Source: Malacoraja senta
Lineage: Eukaryota
Direction of reading: 5' to 3'
Assembly (NCBI GenBank): GCA_038087875.1
Contig: JAXLNO010000338.1
Location: 186,001 to 246,991, forward strand
Length of the DNA stretch: 60,991 nucleotides
A program made the position numbers and the translations under genes. Of this stretch, positions 36,885-50,270 are shown one piece after another (the stretch's first letter is position 1; each line of letters opens with the position of its first letter). The notes beneath the pieces are model-generated. The model was not told the origin of the DNA and ran no database searches. It saw only the letters and a list, made by a program, of their open reading frames with translations.

Positions 36885-37219
36885 TATCCCGAGCGGTAGG
36901 ACTTAAAAAGGAGCTTGTTCCTTACAGAGTCCCGACAGCCGTTGGAGAGATCGCAGAGGGAGTTAAAAAGGAACCTAAATCTGTAACGTTCCAAGTTCCA
37001 CTTCAAAAACAAGTGGGTTTGAGGAAGCCGCTGATTGGTGGACGCAGACAAGAGGGAGCAGCTGATTGGGAGTCAGATTCCTGCTGATTGTACTGTATTG
37101 TATCAGTTTATTTTGTATTGTAGCAGTTTGGTTTGTATTGTAGCAGTTTGTTTTGTATTGTAGCAGTTTGTTTTGTATTGTAGCAGTTTGTTTTATATTC
37201 TATCCTGGGTAAGGGGAGT

Positions 37220-38219
37220 ATGAGGGCCAGGGCAGTTTACTGTTCTGGATGTCAGATGTATTGTATCCAGGGTAAGGGGAGTATGAGGGCCAGGGCAGTT
37301 TACTGTTCTGGATGTCAGATGTGGGAAGTCATGGAGTCTGATAGCCCTCCAGACGTCCACATCTGCGCCAGGTGTATCGAGATGGGGCTCCTAATGGACC
37401 GTATTAGGAACATGGAGCAGCAGCTCGATGACCTCCGTCTGGTCAGGGAGAGCGAGGAAGTCATTGAGAGGAGTTACAGGGATGTGGTCACTCCAACACC
37501 ACAGGAGGCAGGCAAGTGGATCACGGTTGCGAGAGGCAAGGGGCACAGGCAGGGACTAGAGAGTACCCCGGTGGCTGTACACCTTGACAATAAGTACTCC
37601 TGTTTGAGCACTGTTGGGGTGGACAGCCTACCTGGGGGTAGCGACAGCGGCCGGGCCTCCGGTATAGAGACCGGCCCTGTTGCTCAGAAGGGTAAGGAAA
37701 CGAAGAGGAGGGCAATACTTATAGGGGACTCTATAGTTAGGGGGTCAGACAGGCGATTCTGTGGACGCAGTCGGGAGACCCGGATGGTAGTTTGCCTCCC
37801 TGGTGCCAGGGTCTGTGATGTGTCTCAACGTGTCCAAGATATCTTGAAAGGGCAGGGAGAGGAGCCCGAGGTCGTGGTACATATAGGTACCAATCACACA
37901 GGTAAAAAAAAGAGAAGAGGTCCTGAAAGGAGAATTTAGGGAGTTAGGAGGGGAGTTAAAGAGAAGGACAGCAAAGGTAACAATCTCGGGATTACTGCCT
38001 GTGCCACGCGACAGTGAGAGTAGGAATGGAGCGAGGTGGAGGATAAATGCGTGGCTGAAGGACTGGTGCAGAAGGCAGGGATTCAAATTTCTGGATCATT
38101 GGGACCTCTTTTGTGGAAGGTTCGACCTGTACAAAAAGGGTGGGTTGCACTTGAACCTGAGGGGGACCGATATCCTGGCGGGGAGATCTGCAAAGGCTAC
38201 TGGGGAGACTTTAAACTAG
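37220..38219 (+). pseudogene. CR1 ORF1 (zinc finger, coiled coil, SGNH esterase-like), frameshifted
   Basis: CSGC..CARC, LIGDSIVRG, VVHIGTN and GLHLN motifs; frameshift in the A-run near 37904-37911. Confidence 0.88.
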
Positions 38220-38398
38220 AATGGTTGTGGGGAGGGACTCAAATAGAGAATGCTATTAGACAGTGTGTGAGGCAGGAGGCAGAGAAGGAAAGCACTCAGA
38301 CCCAACATGTAGGGGGGAAAGAAGAAAACAATAATAAACAGAGATTAAGAGGTGGTGGGGTTCTTAAATGGGTGAGCAGGTAAACAGAGGGATGTAAA

Positions 38399-41336
38399 AT
38401 GCGGGCGGAAGCAATAGGTAGCAAGGTAAAAAGTAAAAGTGGCAGGCAGACAAATCCAGGGCAAAAATCAAAAAGAGCCACTTTTCGACATAATTGTATA
38501 AGGGGTAAGAGCGTTGTAAAAACAAGCCTGAAGGCTTTGTGTCTCAATGCAAGGAGCATTCGTAATAAGGTGGATGAGTTGAACGTGCAGATAGCAATTA
38601 ATGATTATGATATAGTTGCGATCACGGAGACATGGCTCCAGGGTGACCAAGGCTTGGAGCTGAACATCCAGGGATATTCAATATTCAGGAGGGATAGAGA
38701 GAAAGGAAAAGGAGGTGGGGTAGCGTTGTTGGTTAGAGAGGAGATTAACGCAGTGGAAAGGAAGGACATTAGCTTGGAGGATGTGGAATCGGTATGGGTA
38801 GAGCTACGAAGCACTAAGGGGCAGAAAACGCTGGTGGGTGTTGTGTACAGGCCACCCAGCAGTAGTAGTGAAGTTGGGGATGGCATCAAACAGGAAATTA
38901 GAAATGCGTGCAACAAAGGCAAAACAGTGATCATGGGTGACTTCAATCTACATATAGATTGGGTGAATCAAATTGGCAGGGGTGCTGAGGAAGAGGATTT
39001 CTTGGAATGTATGAGGGATAGTTATCTAAACCAACATGTAGAGGAACCAACGAGAGAGCAGGCTATTCTAGACTGGGTATTGAGTAATGAGGAAGGGTTA
39101 GTTAGCAGACTTGTTGTGCGTGCCCCCTTGGGCAAGAGTGACCATAATATGGTTGAGTTCTTCATTAGGATGGAGAGTGACATTGTTAATTCAGAAACAA
39201 CAGTTCTGAACATAAAGAAAGGTACCTTTGAGGATATGAGACGTGAATTGGCCAAAATTGACTGGCAATTAGTTCTAAAAGGGTTGACGGTGGATATGCA
39301 ATGGAAGGCATTTAAAGACTGCATGGATGAACTACAAAAATTGTTCATCCCAGTTTGGCAAAAGAATAAATCAGGGAAGGTAGTGCATCCGTGGTTAACA
39401 AGGGAAATCAGGGATAGTATCAAAGCAAAAGATGATGCGTACAAATTAGCCAGAAAAATCAGCATACCAGAGGACTGGGAGAAATTCAGAGACCAGCAGA
39501 GGAGGACAAAGGGCTTAATTAGGAAAGGGAAAATGGATTATGAAAGGAAACTGGCAGGGAACATAAAAACTGACTGCAAAAGTTTTTATAGATATGTGAA
39601 GAGAAAGAGATTAGTTAAAACAAATGTAGGTCCCTTGCAGTCAGAAACAGGTGAATTGATCATGGGGAACAAGGATATGGCGGACCAATTGAATAACTAC
39701 TTTGGTTCCGTCTTCACTAAGGAAGACATAAATAATCTGCCGGAAATAGCAGGGGGCCGCGGGTCAAAGGAGATGGAGGAAGTGAGTGATATCCAGGTTA
39801 GTCGGGAAGTGGTGTTGGGTAAATTGAATGGATTAAAGGCCGATAAATCACCAGGGCCAGATAGGCTGCATCCCAGAGTACTTAAGGAAGTAGCTCCAGA
39901 AATAGTGGATGCATTAGTGATAATTTTTCAAAACTCATTAGATTCTGGAGTAGTTCCTGAGGATTGGAGGGTAGCAAACGTAACCCCACTTTTTAAGAAG
40001 GGAGGGAGAGAGAAAACGGGGAATTACAGACCAGTTAGTCTAACATCGGTAGTGGGGAAACTGCTAGAGTCAGTTATTAAAGATGGGATAGCAACACATT
40101 TGGAAAGTGGTGAAATCATTGGACAAAGTCAGCATGGATTTACGAGAGGTAAATCGTGTCTGACGAATCTTATAGAATTTTTCGAGGATGTAACTAGTAG
40201 AGTGGATAGCGGAGAACCAGTGGATGTGTTGTATCTGGACTTTCAGAAGGCTTTCGACAAGGTACCACATAAGAGATTAGGCTACAAACTTAAATCACAC
40301 GGTATTGGGGGTTCAGTATTGATGTGGATAGAGAACTGGCTGGCAAACAGGAAGCAAAGAGTAGGAGTAAACTGGTCCTTTTCATAATGGCAGGCAGTGA
40401 CTAGTGGGGTACCGCAAGGCTCAGTGCTGGGACCACAGCTATTTACAATTTATATTAATGATCTGGACGAGGGAATTGAAAGCAACATCTCCATGTTTGC
40501 GGATGACACTAAGCTGGGGGGGCCGTGTTAACTGTGAGGAGGATGTTAGGAGACGGCAAGGTGACTTGGATAGGTTGGGTGAGTGGGCAAATGTTTGGCA
40601 GATGCAGTATAATGTGGATACATGTGAGGTTATCCACTTTGGTGGCAAAAACGGGAAGGCAGACTATTATCTAAATGGTGGCCGATTAGGAAATGGGGAG
40701 ATGCAGCGAGACATGGGTGTCATGGTACACCAGTCATTGAAAGTAGGCATGCAGGTGCAGCAGGCAGTGATGAAAGCGAATGGTATGTTGGCCTTCATAG
40801 CAAGAGGATTTGAGTATAGGAGCAGGGAGGTTCTACTGCGGTTGTACAGGGTCTTGGTGAGACCACACCTGGAGTATTGCGTACAGTTTTCGTCTCCAAA
40901 TCTGAGGAAGGACATTATAGCCATAGAGGGAGTGCAGAGAAGGTTCACCAGACTGATTCCTGGGATTTCAGGACTTTCATATGAAGAAAGACTGGATAGA
41001 CTTGGCTTATACTCGCTAGAATTTAGGAGATTGAGAGGGGATCTTATAGAAACGTACAAAATTCTTATGGGGTTGGGCAGGCTAGATGCAGGAAGATTGT
41101 TCCCGATGTTGGGGAAGTCCAGGACAAGGGGTCACAGCTTAAGGATAAGGGGGAAATCCTTTAAGACCGAGATGAGGAAAAACTTTTTCACACAGAGAGT
41201 GGTGAATCTCTGGAACTCTCTGCCACAGAGGGTAGTTGAGGCCAGTTCATTGGCTATATTTAAGAGGGAGTTAGATGTGGCCCTTGTGGCTAAAGGGATC
41301 AGGGGGTATGGAGAGAAGGCAGGTACGGGGTACTGA
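38399..41336 (+). pseudogene. CR1 ORF2 (APE endonuclease plus RT) with one stop and one frameshift
   Basis: ITETWL, MGDFN, SDHN, NYRPVSLTS and YLDFQKAFD motifs; TAA at 40385-40387 where the sister copy has CAA; frameshift in the G-run near 40516-40522. Confidence 0.93.
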
Positions 41337-42369
41337 GTTGGATGATCAGCCATGATCATATTGAATGGCGGTGCAGGCTCGAAGGGCCGAATGGCCTACT
41401 CCTGCACTTATTTTCTATGTATCTATGTATCTATGTCCCATTCACCCATAAACCTCCCTCTGGCTTCATCTTCCAAACCTCTACCCTTCTTATCCAACAT
41501 GTTTTATCACTTTCACCTCTGACCTTTGTCACTTATTGCATCCATCTGCCAATCACCCACCCCCACATGCCAGGCTTTGTCCCACCCCCACTTTCCATCT
41601 TTCACCCCCTACTCCAGTCTGTAGGTTTCCAACCCAAAATGCCATCTGTCTATTTCCCCCACAGATGCTGCCTGACCCTCAGAGTTCCTCCAGCACTTCT
41701 GCTCAACATTCAAGCACCCTGAAATACAAGGAACGTGACCACAAAGCAATTAGGAAAGGACATTGTTAATCTTTCTCAAAAATGTATCCCCATTGAAACC
41801 ACGAGAGGGTTTAAACAAGGGCCTTATCTTCATATCATCTCCACAAAGACTAGATCAGATAGACTTGGTTATAGCAAAATAAAATCGCTTTAATGATTGA
41901 AATCTCCTGACATCCTAGATCACACGCTCTATCACAAGCAGTACTTGGAACAGCAAGTTGACAAAGCCCATCTATCACAAACCATAGAAAACTGGGGACA
42001 TTAGAAGATCACCAAAGACCTTGGCACATCAACCAGAAACAAGTAGAATAACTGTAGAGGGAGAAACAGCAGCAGGTGAGAAAATTCTACATTCACCTCA
42101 AAATATCAAACACTGGGTGGACAGGGCCTGGAAAAATAACTCTAGGCCCAAGGTCAGTTTATCGTCACATGTACCAATTAAGGTACAGTGGAATTCAAAT
42201 GTGTCTGCAGTAGCGAATCCTACAGGGTAGAAGAATACATTGACTATTTTCATAATCAAACTGGCACAGCAACATGCCAGCTATATCAAAGACACACTTC
42301 ACACAAACAGTGAACTCCCTGAATGAGCTGCCCAATGCTGTAACTCTTACTATGGGCATCAAACGTGAC

Positions 42370-42562
42370 CCCCTGAGTTACTCCAGCACTCTGTGAAACG
42401 TCACCTATCCATGTTCCCCACAGATGCTGCCTGACCCGCTGAGTTACAACAGAACTCTGTGAAACGTGACCTATCCATGTTCCCCGCAGATGCTGCCTGA
42501 CCCGCTGAGTTACTCCAGCACTTTGTGCTTTTTTTTGTAAATCAGCACCTGCAGTTCCTTGA
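42370..42562. repeat. Tandem short interspersed repeat (probably Penelope-terminus derived)
   Basis: cagatgctgcctgacccgctgagttactccagca units; related pieces at about 11735, 23490-23680, 41660, 43405 and 58515. Confidence 0.6.
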
Positions 42563-42736
42563 TTTTCATCCCAAATCTTCCCTGGTTTCAGGGTTTTTAC
42601 TAAATTTGGCATCTGTGCAATGGGTGCATTACGGGGAAAGGTAAAGGGTCACAGAGCAATAAAGAACCATTTTGCAGTAAAGAGCACAATATCTAATTTG
42701 TAGACAGCGCTCCCAATGTGCAGTGAATTCACATAA

Positions 42737-43203
42737 AGGCTCTGTCCCACGGGTTTGCGGTCGTTGGCGGTGAAGCGCGGCGTCGCCGGAAGACGGGACC
42801 GCACGGCAACCACGAGAGCGCCGCACGGATCCTGCGCAGGGGGCCAAGTACGGCCGGTTCAACGAGCTTGCGGTTTCGGCTGATGACGTCTTTCGGATCG
42901 CGGGGCTGTGGCGGCGGCCGTGTCGCACACGTACCTCACTGTCGGCGGCTGTGCGGCACACGTACCTCACTGGCGGCGGCTGTGGCGGTGACCGTGCCGC
43001 ACTCGTGCCTCACTGGCGGCGGCTGTGCGGTAGGAACATATTTTTGGACAGTGTTGTTTTTTTTTAGCACCGTGTGGTGTTGGGATCAACTCCGCACGGC
43101 CCCGGAATTGTGCGATTGACAGAGCCCGCGGTCTCTGGCGGCCCAGGAGCGGTAGATAGTTCCTGTTTCGCCGCCAATGACCGCATACTCGTGAGACAGG
43201 CCT
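42737..43203. mobile_element. GC-rich MITE, PIF/Harbinger-like
   Basis: Imperfect TIRs of about 40 bp (aggctctgtcccacgggtttgcggtcgttggcgg and ccgccaatgaccgcatactcgtgagacaggcct) with TAA/TTA flanks. Confidence 0.75.
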
Positions 43204-43217
43204 TTATAACAGGTCGC

Positions 43218-43360
43218 TCAAATTTGTGGTCAACACTCCCACCGTGTGGTGATCCGCTCTACTGCGGGCCCGTCCAATTTGTGGTCAACACCCCCACCGT
43301 GTGGTGATCTGCTGCACTGCAGGCCCATCCAATTTCTGGTCAACACTCCCACCGTGTGGA
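43218..43360. repeat. About 56-bp tandem repeat, about 2.5 copies
   Basis: caaatttgtggtcaacactcccaccgtgtggtgatc units. Confidence 0.8.
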
Positions 43361-43396
43361 TTAAGAAAGAATTGCATATGCTAGAATAATCGAAGG

Positions 43397-43958
43397 TTGA
43401 AATAAATGCTGGAGTAACTCAGCGGGTGAGGCAGCATCTATGGAGAGAAGGAATAGTAACGTTTCAGGTCGAGACCCTTCTTCAGACTGATGTCGAGGTG
43501 GGGGCGGAAAAAAGGAAGGAAAAGGCAGAGACATTACGCTGTGGGAGAGCTGGGGAGGGGAGGGGAAGGAGGGAGAAAGCAAGGACTACCTGAAATTGGA
43601 GAATGGGAAGATGAGGCCAGTGGGGGGATCCCGTTGGAGGTGGCGAAAATGTTGGAGGATTATCTGTTGTATGTGACGGCTGGTAGGGTGCAAGGTTAGG
43701 ACATGGGGGGCTGTGTCCTTGTTACGAATACGGGGATGGGGAGTATGAGCGGAGCTGCGGGATATAGAAGAGACCCTGATAAGAACCTCATCTATAGTAG
43801 AAGAGGGGAACCCCCATTCCCTAATGAATGAGGACATGTCGGATGCCCTGGTTTGGAACACTTCATCCTGGGCGCAGATGTGGCCAGTGTAGTCCAGATA
43901 GCCATGGGCATCAGTGGGTTTGTAGTAGATGTCGGTCAGTAGTCTGTTACCTGTGATA
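43397..43958 (-). mobile_element. Penelope-like element fragment
   Basis: TDIYYKPTDAHGYLDY...LTLHPTSRHIQQIILQHFRHLQ (PLE RT thumb region) with terminal repeat sequence. Confidence 0.8.
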
Positions 43959-43960
43959 GG

Positions 43961-46326
43961 CAATAGACAATAGACGCCAGAGTAGGCCATTCGGCCCTTC
44001 GAGCCAGCACCGCCATTCAATGTGATCATGGCTGATCATCCCCAATCAGTACCCCGTTCCTGCCTTCTCTCCATATCCCCTGACTCCGCTATCTTTAAGA
44101 GCCCTATCTAGCTCTCTCTTGAAAGTATCCAGAGAACCGGCCTCCACTGCCATCTGAGGCAGAGAATTCCACAGACTCACCACTCTATGTGAGAATAAGT
44201 GTTTCATCGTCTCCATTCTAAATGGCTTACCCCTTATTCTTAAACTGTGGCCCCTGGTTCTGGGCTTCCCCGACATCGGGAACATGTTTCCTGCCTCTAG
44301 CGTGTCCAAACACCTTAACAATCTTATATGTTTCAATTAGATCCCCTCTCATCCTAAACTCCAGAGTATACAAGCCCAGCCGCTCCATTCTCTCAGCATA
44401 TGACACTCCCGCCATCCCGGGAATTAACCTTGTAAACCTACGCTGCACTCACTCAATAGCAAGAATGTCCTTCCTCAAATTAGGGGACCAAAACTCCACA
44501 CCATACTCCAGATGTGGTCTCACTTGAGCTCTGTACAACTGCAGAAGGACCTCTTTGCTGCTATATTCGACTCCTCTTGTTATAAAGGCCAACATGCCAT
44601 TCGCTTTCTTCACTGCCTGCTGTACCTACATGCTTACTTTCATAGACTGATGGACAAGGACCCCCCCCCCCCCAGGTCCCGTTGTACTTCCCCTTTTCCC
44701 AACTTGACGCCATTTAGATAATAACCTGCCTTCCTGTTTTTTATACCAAAGTGGATAACCTCACATTTATCCACATTAAACTTAATCTGCCATGCATCTA
44801 CCCACTCCCCCAACCTGTCCAAGTCACCCTGCATTCTCATAGCATCCTCCTCACAGTTCACACTGCCACCCATCTTTGTGTCATCTGCAAATTTGCTAAT
44901 GTTACTTTGAATCCCTTCATCCAAATCATTGATGTATATTGTAAATAGCTGCGGTCCCAGCACTGAGCCTTGCGGTACCCCACTAGTCACTGCCTGCCAT
45001 TCTGAAAGGGACCCGTTAATCCCTGCTCTTTGTTTCCTGTCTGCCAACCACTTCTCCATCCATGTCAGCACTCTACCCCCAATACCATGTGCCGTAATTT
45101 TGCCCACTAATCTCCTGTGTGGGACCTTATCAAATGCTTTCTGAAAGTCCAGGTACACTACATCCACTGGCTCTCCCTTGTCCGTTTTCCTAGTTACATC
45201 CTCAAAAAATTCCAGAAGATTAGTCAAGCATGATTTCCCCTTCGTAAATCCATGCTGACTCGGACCGATCCTGTCACTGCTATCCAAATGTTCGGCTATT
45301 TCATCTTTTATAATTGACTCCAGCATCTTCCCCACCAATGATGTCACGCTAACAGGTCCATAATTCCCTGTTTTCTCTCTCCCGCCTTTCTTAAAAAGTG
45401 GGATAACATTAGCTACCCTCCATCCACAGGAACTGATCCTGAGTCTATAGAACATTGGAAAATTATCACCAATGCATCCACGATTTCTAGAGCCACTTCC
45501 TTAAGTACCCTGGGATGCAGACCATCAGGCCCTGGGGATTTATCAGCCTTCAGTCCCATCAGTCTACCCAACACCATTTCCTGCCTAATGTGGATTTCCT
45601 CCAGTTCCTCTGTCACCCCAGATCCTCTGGCCACTACTATATCAGGAAGATTGTTTGTGTCCTCCTTAGTGAAGACAGATCCAAAGTACCTGTTCAACTC
45701 ATCTGCCATTTCCTTGTTCCCCATAATAAATTCACCTTTTTCGGTCTTCAAGGGTCCAACTTTGGTCTTCACTAATTTTTTCCTCTTCCCATACCTAAAG
45801 AAGCTTTTACTATCCTGCTTTATATTCTTGGCTAGCTTACCTTCGTACCTCATCTTTTCTCCCCGTATTGTCTTTTGGTTATCTTCTGTTGCTCTTTAAA
45901 CATTACCCAATCCTCTTGCTTCCCGCTCATCTTTGCTACATTGTACTGCTTCTCTTTAATTTTTATACTGTCCCTGACGTCCCTTGTCAGCCATGGTCGT
46001 CCCTTTCTCCCCTTGGAATCTTTCTTCCTCTGAGGAATGAACTAATCTGGCACCCTCTGTATTATTCCTAGAAATACCTGCCATTTTTGTTCCACTGTCA
46101 TCCCTGCTAGTGTATCTTTCCAGTCAACTTTGGCCAGCTCCTCCCTCATGGCCCCATAGTCCCCTTTATTCAACTGCAACACTGACACCTCCGATCTACT
46201 CTTCTCCCTCTCCAATTGTAGATTAAACCTGACCATGTTATGGTCACTGCCTCCTAATGGCTCATTAACCTCGAGGTCCTTTATCAAATCCGGTTCATTA
46301 CATAACACTAAATGCAGAATTGCCCC
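43961..46326 (-). mobile_element. CR1 LINE ORF2, 5'-truncated and frameshifted
   Basis: ORFs 45413-45853, 44640-45455 (KFADDTK) and 44046-44448; (CTATTGT)n tail. Confidence 0.93.
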
Positions 46327-46966
46327 ACTGCAAACGGTTGTTGGTGGTGGTAACTGCTTTGAAATGAAGTGGTAGGTAACTGCACTTGAATTCGGTGGCC
46401 TTGCACCCTGCTTGAAATGGCATGAAACTGCATTTGAATTTGGTGGCCTTGCACCCTGCTTGAAATGGCATGAAACTGCATTTGAATTTGGTGGCCTTGC
46501 ACCCTGCTTGAAATGGAATTTCAAGGATTAGCCGTGAGTCAACTGCTCGCCCACCAACCGTGAGTGAGCTGCCAGCACATCAGGCTTGAGTGACTGAGCT
46601 GTCACCCCAAGAATCCATTTGGCCCACAGCGGAGGGTATTGGCTAGGCGCAGGTCTGGTTCCTGTGGCTTTCTCAGCAGAGGGCCCATGTTTGTCATTAA
46701 ACAGGTCAGGGGGTATTCTGGTAACGTTGTTAAAAGCAGACAAATCCTCCTCATGTAGCACATTTATCAGGTTCTCATACTATCCAAGCCTGAATCTTCT
46801 TTGCAAGAGGGGCTTCACCCACTGAGACCTCTTCTTGTGCTTCCTCTTCACCCTTGTTCTTGCCCATCTGCCTTTAGGCTGCAGAAGCAAAAGGCCTGCT
46901 GCAAACAGTAGAAGTTGTATTTTTACTGCCAGCGCGGATTAGGTGGCCTACGTGGGACAGCCCCTT
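46327..46966 (-). mobile_element. PIF/Harbinger transposon remnant with a 48-bp internal tandem repeat
   Basis: Minus strand reads KRSQWVKPLLQRRFRLG*YENLINVLHEEDLSAFNNVTRIPPDLF, resembling a Harbinger transposase N-terminus. TIR-like gtgggacagcccct at about 46952-46965; three 48-bp units at 46385-46517. Confidence 0.7.
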
Positions 46967-47482
46967 TAGTCAGCCACAGGCGCCTCATTCTTCCCTCAGA
47001 ATCTTTCTTCCTCTCTGGGATGAAAAGATCCTGCAACTTCCAAATTATTCTCAGAAACTTCTGCCATTGCTGTTCCACAATCATTCTTGCTTGGATCACT
47101 CAAGAATAGCCACCTTCTTACTTATGCCTCTACAGTTACCTTGACTCTACAGTAATGCTGTCACATCTGATTTCTTCTTCTCAAACTGCAGGTTGAATTT
47201 TTATCATATTATGTCACAAATTCTCAGGGGTTCCTTTACCATAAGCTCCATAATCAAATCCAGTTCTTGCACAACACCGAATCCAGAATTTCCTTTTCCC
47301 TGGTAGGCTCAACCACAAGCCGCTCTAAGAAGCCATCTTGCAGGCACACTACAAATTCCTTCTCTTGGGATCCAGTACCAGCCTGATTTTCCCAGTCTAC
47401 CTGCATATTGAAATTCGCTGTAACATGGCCTTTCTTACATGCTGATTGTATCTCCTGCTGTAATTTGTACTCTTCATCCTGA
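46967..47482 (-). mobile_element. Degenerate CR1 endonuclease-region fragment
   Basis: ORF 47254-47496: FNMQVDWENQ..CLQDGFLERLVVEPTRE. Confidence 0.8.
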
Positions 47483-48851
47483 CTCGTGAGCGTCACATCA
47501 GTGGTACGGAAGGTATTGAAGAGGATTCTTCAAGATAGGATTTACTCCCATTTGGAAGAAAATGGACTAATTAGGGATAGACAGCATGGCTTTGTACATG
47601 GCTGGTCGTCTTATTAACTTGTTTGAGTGGGACAGGCCCTTAAGAGTGCAAAAGAGCAGAGAGACCATCTCTGCTCATACTATAACTCAGCACTGGGCAG
47701 TGTGCCGTGGCAGAACTAAGTCATTTGAGGGACAGCAGACAACAGGTACACCAGTGCATGAGGAGAACCCACATGCATACAAGATCAGTGAATGCTATGT
47801 TTAGTTTAAATCCTGCTGACTTTGTTTGATTTCAGTTTAAGTGTGGATTTTTATTTTCATTTTTGTGTAAATAATTTCATTGCAGATGTCTGTTTATAAA
47901 GTAGTATTGATCATGCATCTGCTGGTCTGATTAGTGTAGGTAGATCTGCCAACATAGCCCTTGAATTCATTGCATTGTCTGTTTTATTGTAAGAATGTAG
48001 GCTGGTACTTAATTTGTCAGCTGAATGATAAGAAATACTGGAAAAACTTCTTTGTGTTTCATATGCTAATTGAAGTACGGTAAGGCCTATTGCAAACCAC
48101 CGTTGTTTGCTGTGTTGCTCCATTTATCAAGATGTGTAAAAATGGCCTTTATTTATTGAACAAGATGAATAAAGACTGTTTCACATTCACAGTGCAGTTT
48201 GTCTTATTTTCTGAGGTAAAGTTGTTTTACATTTAAAAGGCACAGCAAATGATTGTGAGATGTAAGATGTGAGTAGATCGCATCCTCTATTTGGTGTTTC
48301 ATGATGAAGGAAATAGTACATTAAAGTCATGATACTATGGAATTATATTAAAATGAAGACTTGCAGACATCAATTTTATTTTGAGAACATAGAACTCTCT
48401 TTTATTGTGTACAAAAGTAAACAAACGGTGAGAATCAAATGGATTCTTTAAAAGGTGTTTAACTATCACACACTACAAAATGTGGGAGTATGCAAACAAA
48501 ACGAAAACTATCTCAAACAGGGAAAAAACACCATTAACATACAAATAAGAATCTACATCAAAGGGTAAACTTTACTACAGACCCATGTCTCTGAGCCTCT
48601 CTCTCTCCCTTCATCCACAGCTGTTTCTGTTTCACGCAGACAGCTGTCTCCATATCCAGTTGCCAATGCAGTTAAGGCTGTTACAGCAGGCTGCAGATGT
48701 GTGAAAGTGAGTAGGGTTCTCTGGTAAAGAATTAGGAAGTACATGTTAAAAGCTTTTTAGCAGACCATTAAAACGTGCAGTTGGGTTATTCCAGATTTTA
48801 CTGTAAACTTTATGAAAATGTATTATCTTTTAGGGCAAATCATGGACTATT

Positions 48852-49340
48852 CATAGATACATAGATACATAGAAAATAGGTGCAGGAGTAGGCCATTCGG
48901 CCCTTCGAGCCTGCACCGCCATTCAATATGATCATGGCTGATCATCCAACTCAGTATCCCGTACCTGCCTTCTCTCCATACCCCCTGATCCCCTTAGCCA
49001 CAAGGGGCCACATCTAACTCCCTCTTAAATATAGCCAATGAACTGGCCTCAACTACCCTCTGTGGCAGAGAGTTCCAGAGATTAACCACTCTCTGTGTGA
49101 AAAAGTTTTTCCTCATCTCTGTCTTAAAGGATTTCCCCCTTATCCTTAAGCTATGACCCCTTGTCCTGGACTTCCCCAACATCGGGAACAATCTTCCTGC
49201 ATCTAGCCTGTCCAACCCCATAAGAATGTTGTACGTTTCTATAAGATCCCCTCTCAATCTCCTAAATTCTAGCGAGTATATGCCAAGTCTATCCAGTCTT
49301 TCTTCATATGAAAGTCCTGACATCCCAGGAATCAGTCTGG
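48852..49340 (-). mobile_element. CR1 3' fragment
   Basis: ORF 48994-49323; tail catagatacatagatacatag. Confidence 0.92.
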
Positions 49341-49456
49341 TATGTCATTCTTGCATCACATCACTCAAGGAAGATAATTAGTTTAATGGCCTTATGCGGT
49401 TGTGAATGAAAATAATTTAAACTACAAATCTAACACAAAATAATACGCTTTGAATT

Positions 49457-50270
49457 GTATAATATGGATAAATGTGAGGTTATCCACTTTGGTGGCAAAA
49501 ACAGGAAGTAGACTATTATCTGAATGGTGGCCGATTAGGAAAAGGGGAGATGCAACGAGACCTGGGTGTCATGGTACACCAGTCATTGAAAGTAAGCATG
49601 CAGGTGCAGCAGGCAGTGAAGAAAGCGAATGGTATGTTAGCATTCATAGCAAAAGTATTTGAGTAGAGGAGCAGGGAGGTTCTACTGCAGTTGTACAGGG
49701 TTGGTGAGACCACACCTGGAGTATTGCGTACAGTTTTGGTCTCCTAATCTGAGGAAATACATTCTTGCCATAGAGGGAGTAGAGAGAAAGTTCACCAGAC
49801 TGATTCCTGGGATGTCAGGACTTTCATATGAAGAAAGACTGGATAGACTCGGCTTGTACTCGCTATAATTTAGAAGATTGAGGGGGGTTCTTATAGAAAC
49901 TTACAAAATTCTTAAGGGGTTGGACAGGCTAGATGCAGGAAGATTGTTCCCGATGTTGGGGAAGTCCAGAACAAGGGGTCACAGTTTAAGGATAAGGGGG
50001 AAGTCTTTTAGGACCGAGATGAGAAAAACATTTTTCACACAGAGCGTGGTGAATCGCTGGAATTCTCTGCCGCAGAAGGTAGTTGAGGCCAGTTCATTGG
50101 CAATATTTAAGAGGGTGTAAGATGTGGCCCTTGTGGCTAAAGGGATCAGGGGGTATGGAGAGGGCAGGTACAGGATACTGAGTTGGATGATCAGCCATGA
50201 TCATATTGAATGGCGGTGCAGGCTCGAAGGGCCGAATGGCCTACTCCTGCACCTATATTCTATGTTTCTA
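49457..50270 (+). mobile_element. CR1 3' fragment
   Basis: LVRPHLEYCVQFWSPNL coding remnant through the 3'UTR. Confidence 0.92.

Larger units (their letters stand above)
36885..41436 (+). mobile_element. Near full-length CR1 LINE (5'UTR, ORF1, ORF2, 3'UTR)
   Basis: ORF1 with CxxC motifs and GDSIVRG SGNH-esterase motif; ORF2 APE plus RT; (CTATGTAT)n tail. Confidence 0.95.

Noticed and set aside
38605..41359. Antisense ORFs within CR1 copies (also at 54158-57677)
   Set aside because: Recurrent shadow frames of CR1 ORF2; no independent evidence of coding.
42737..43203. CpG-island promoter of a host gene
   Set aside because: Bounded by terminal inverted repeats, so better explained as a MITE.
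48852..50270. Second fold-back palindrome
   Set aside because: Two CR1 3' fragments in opposite orientation with different lengths and diagnostic bases; independent insertions.
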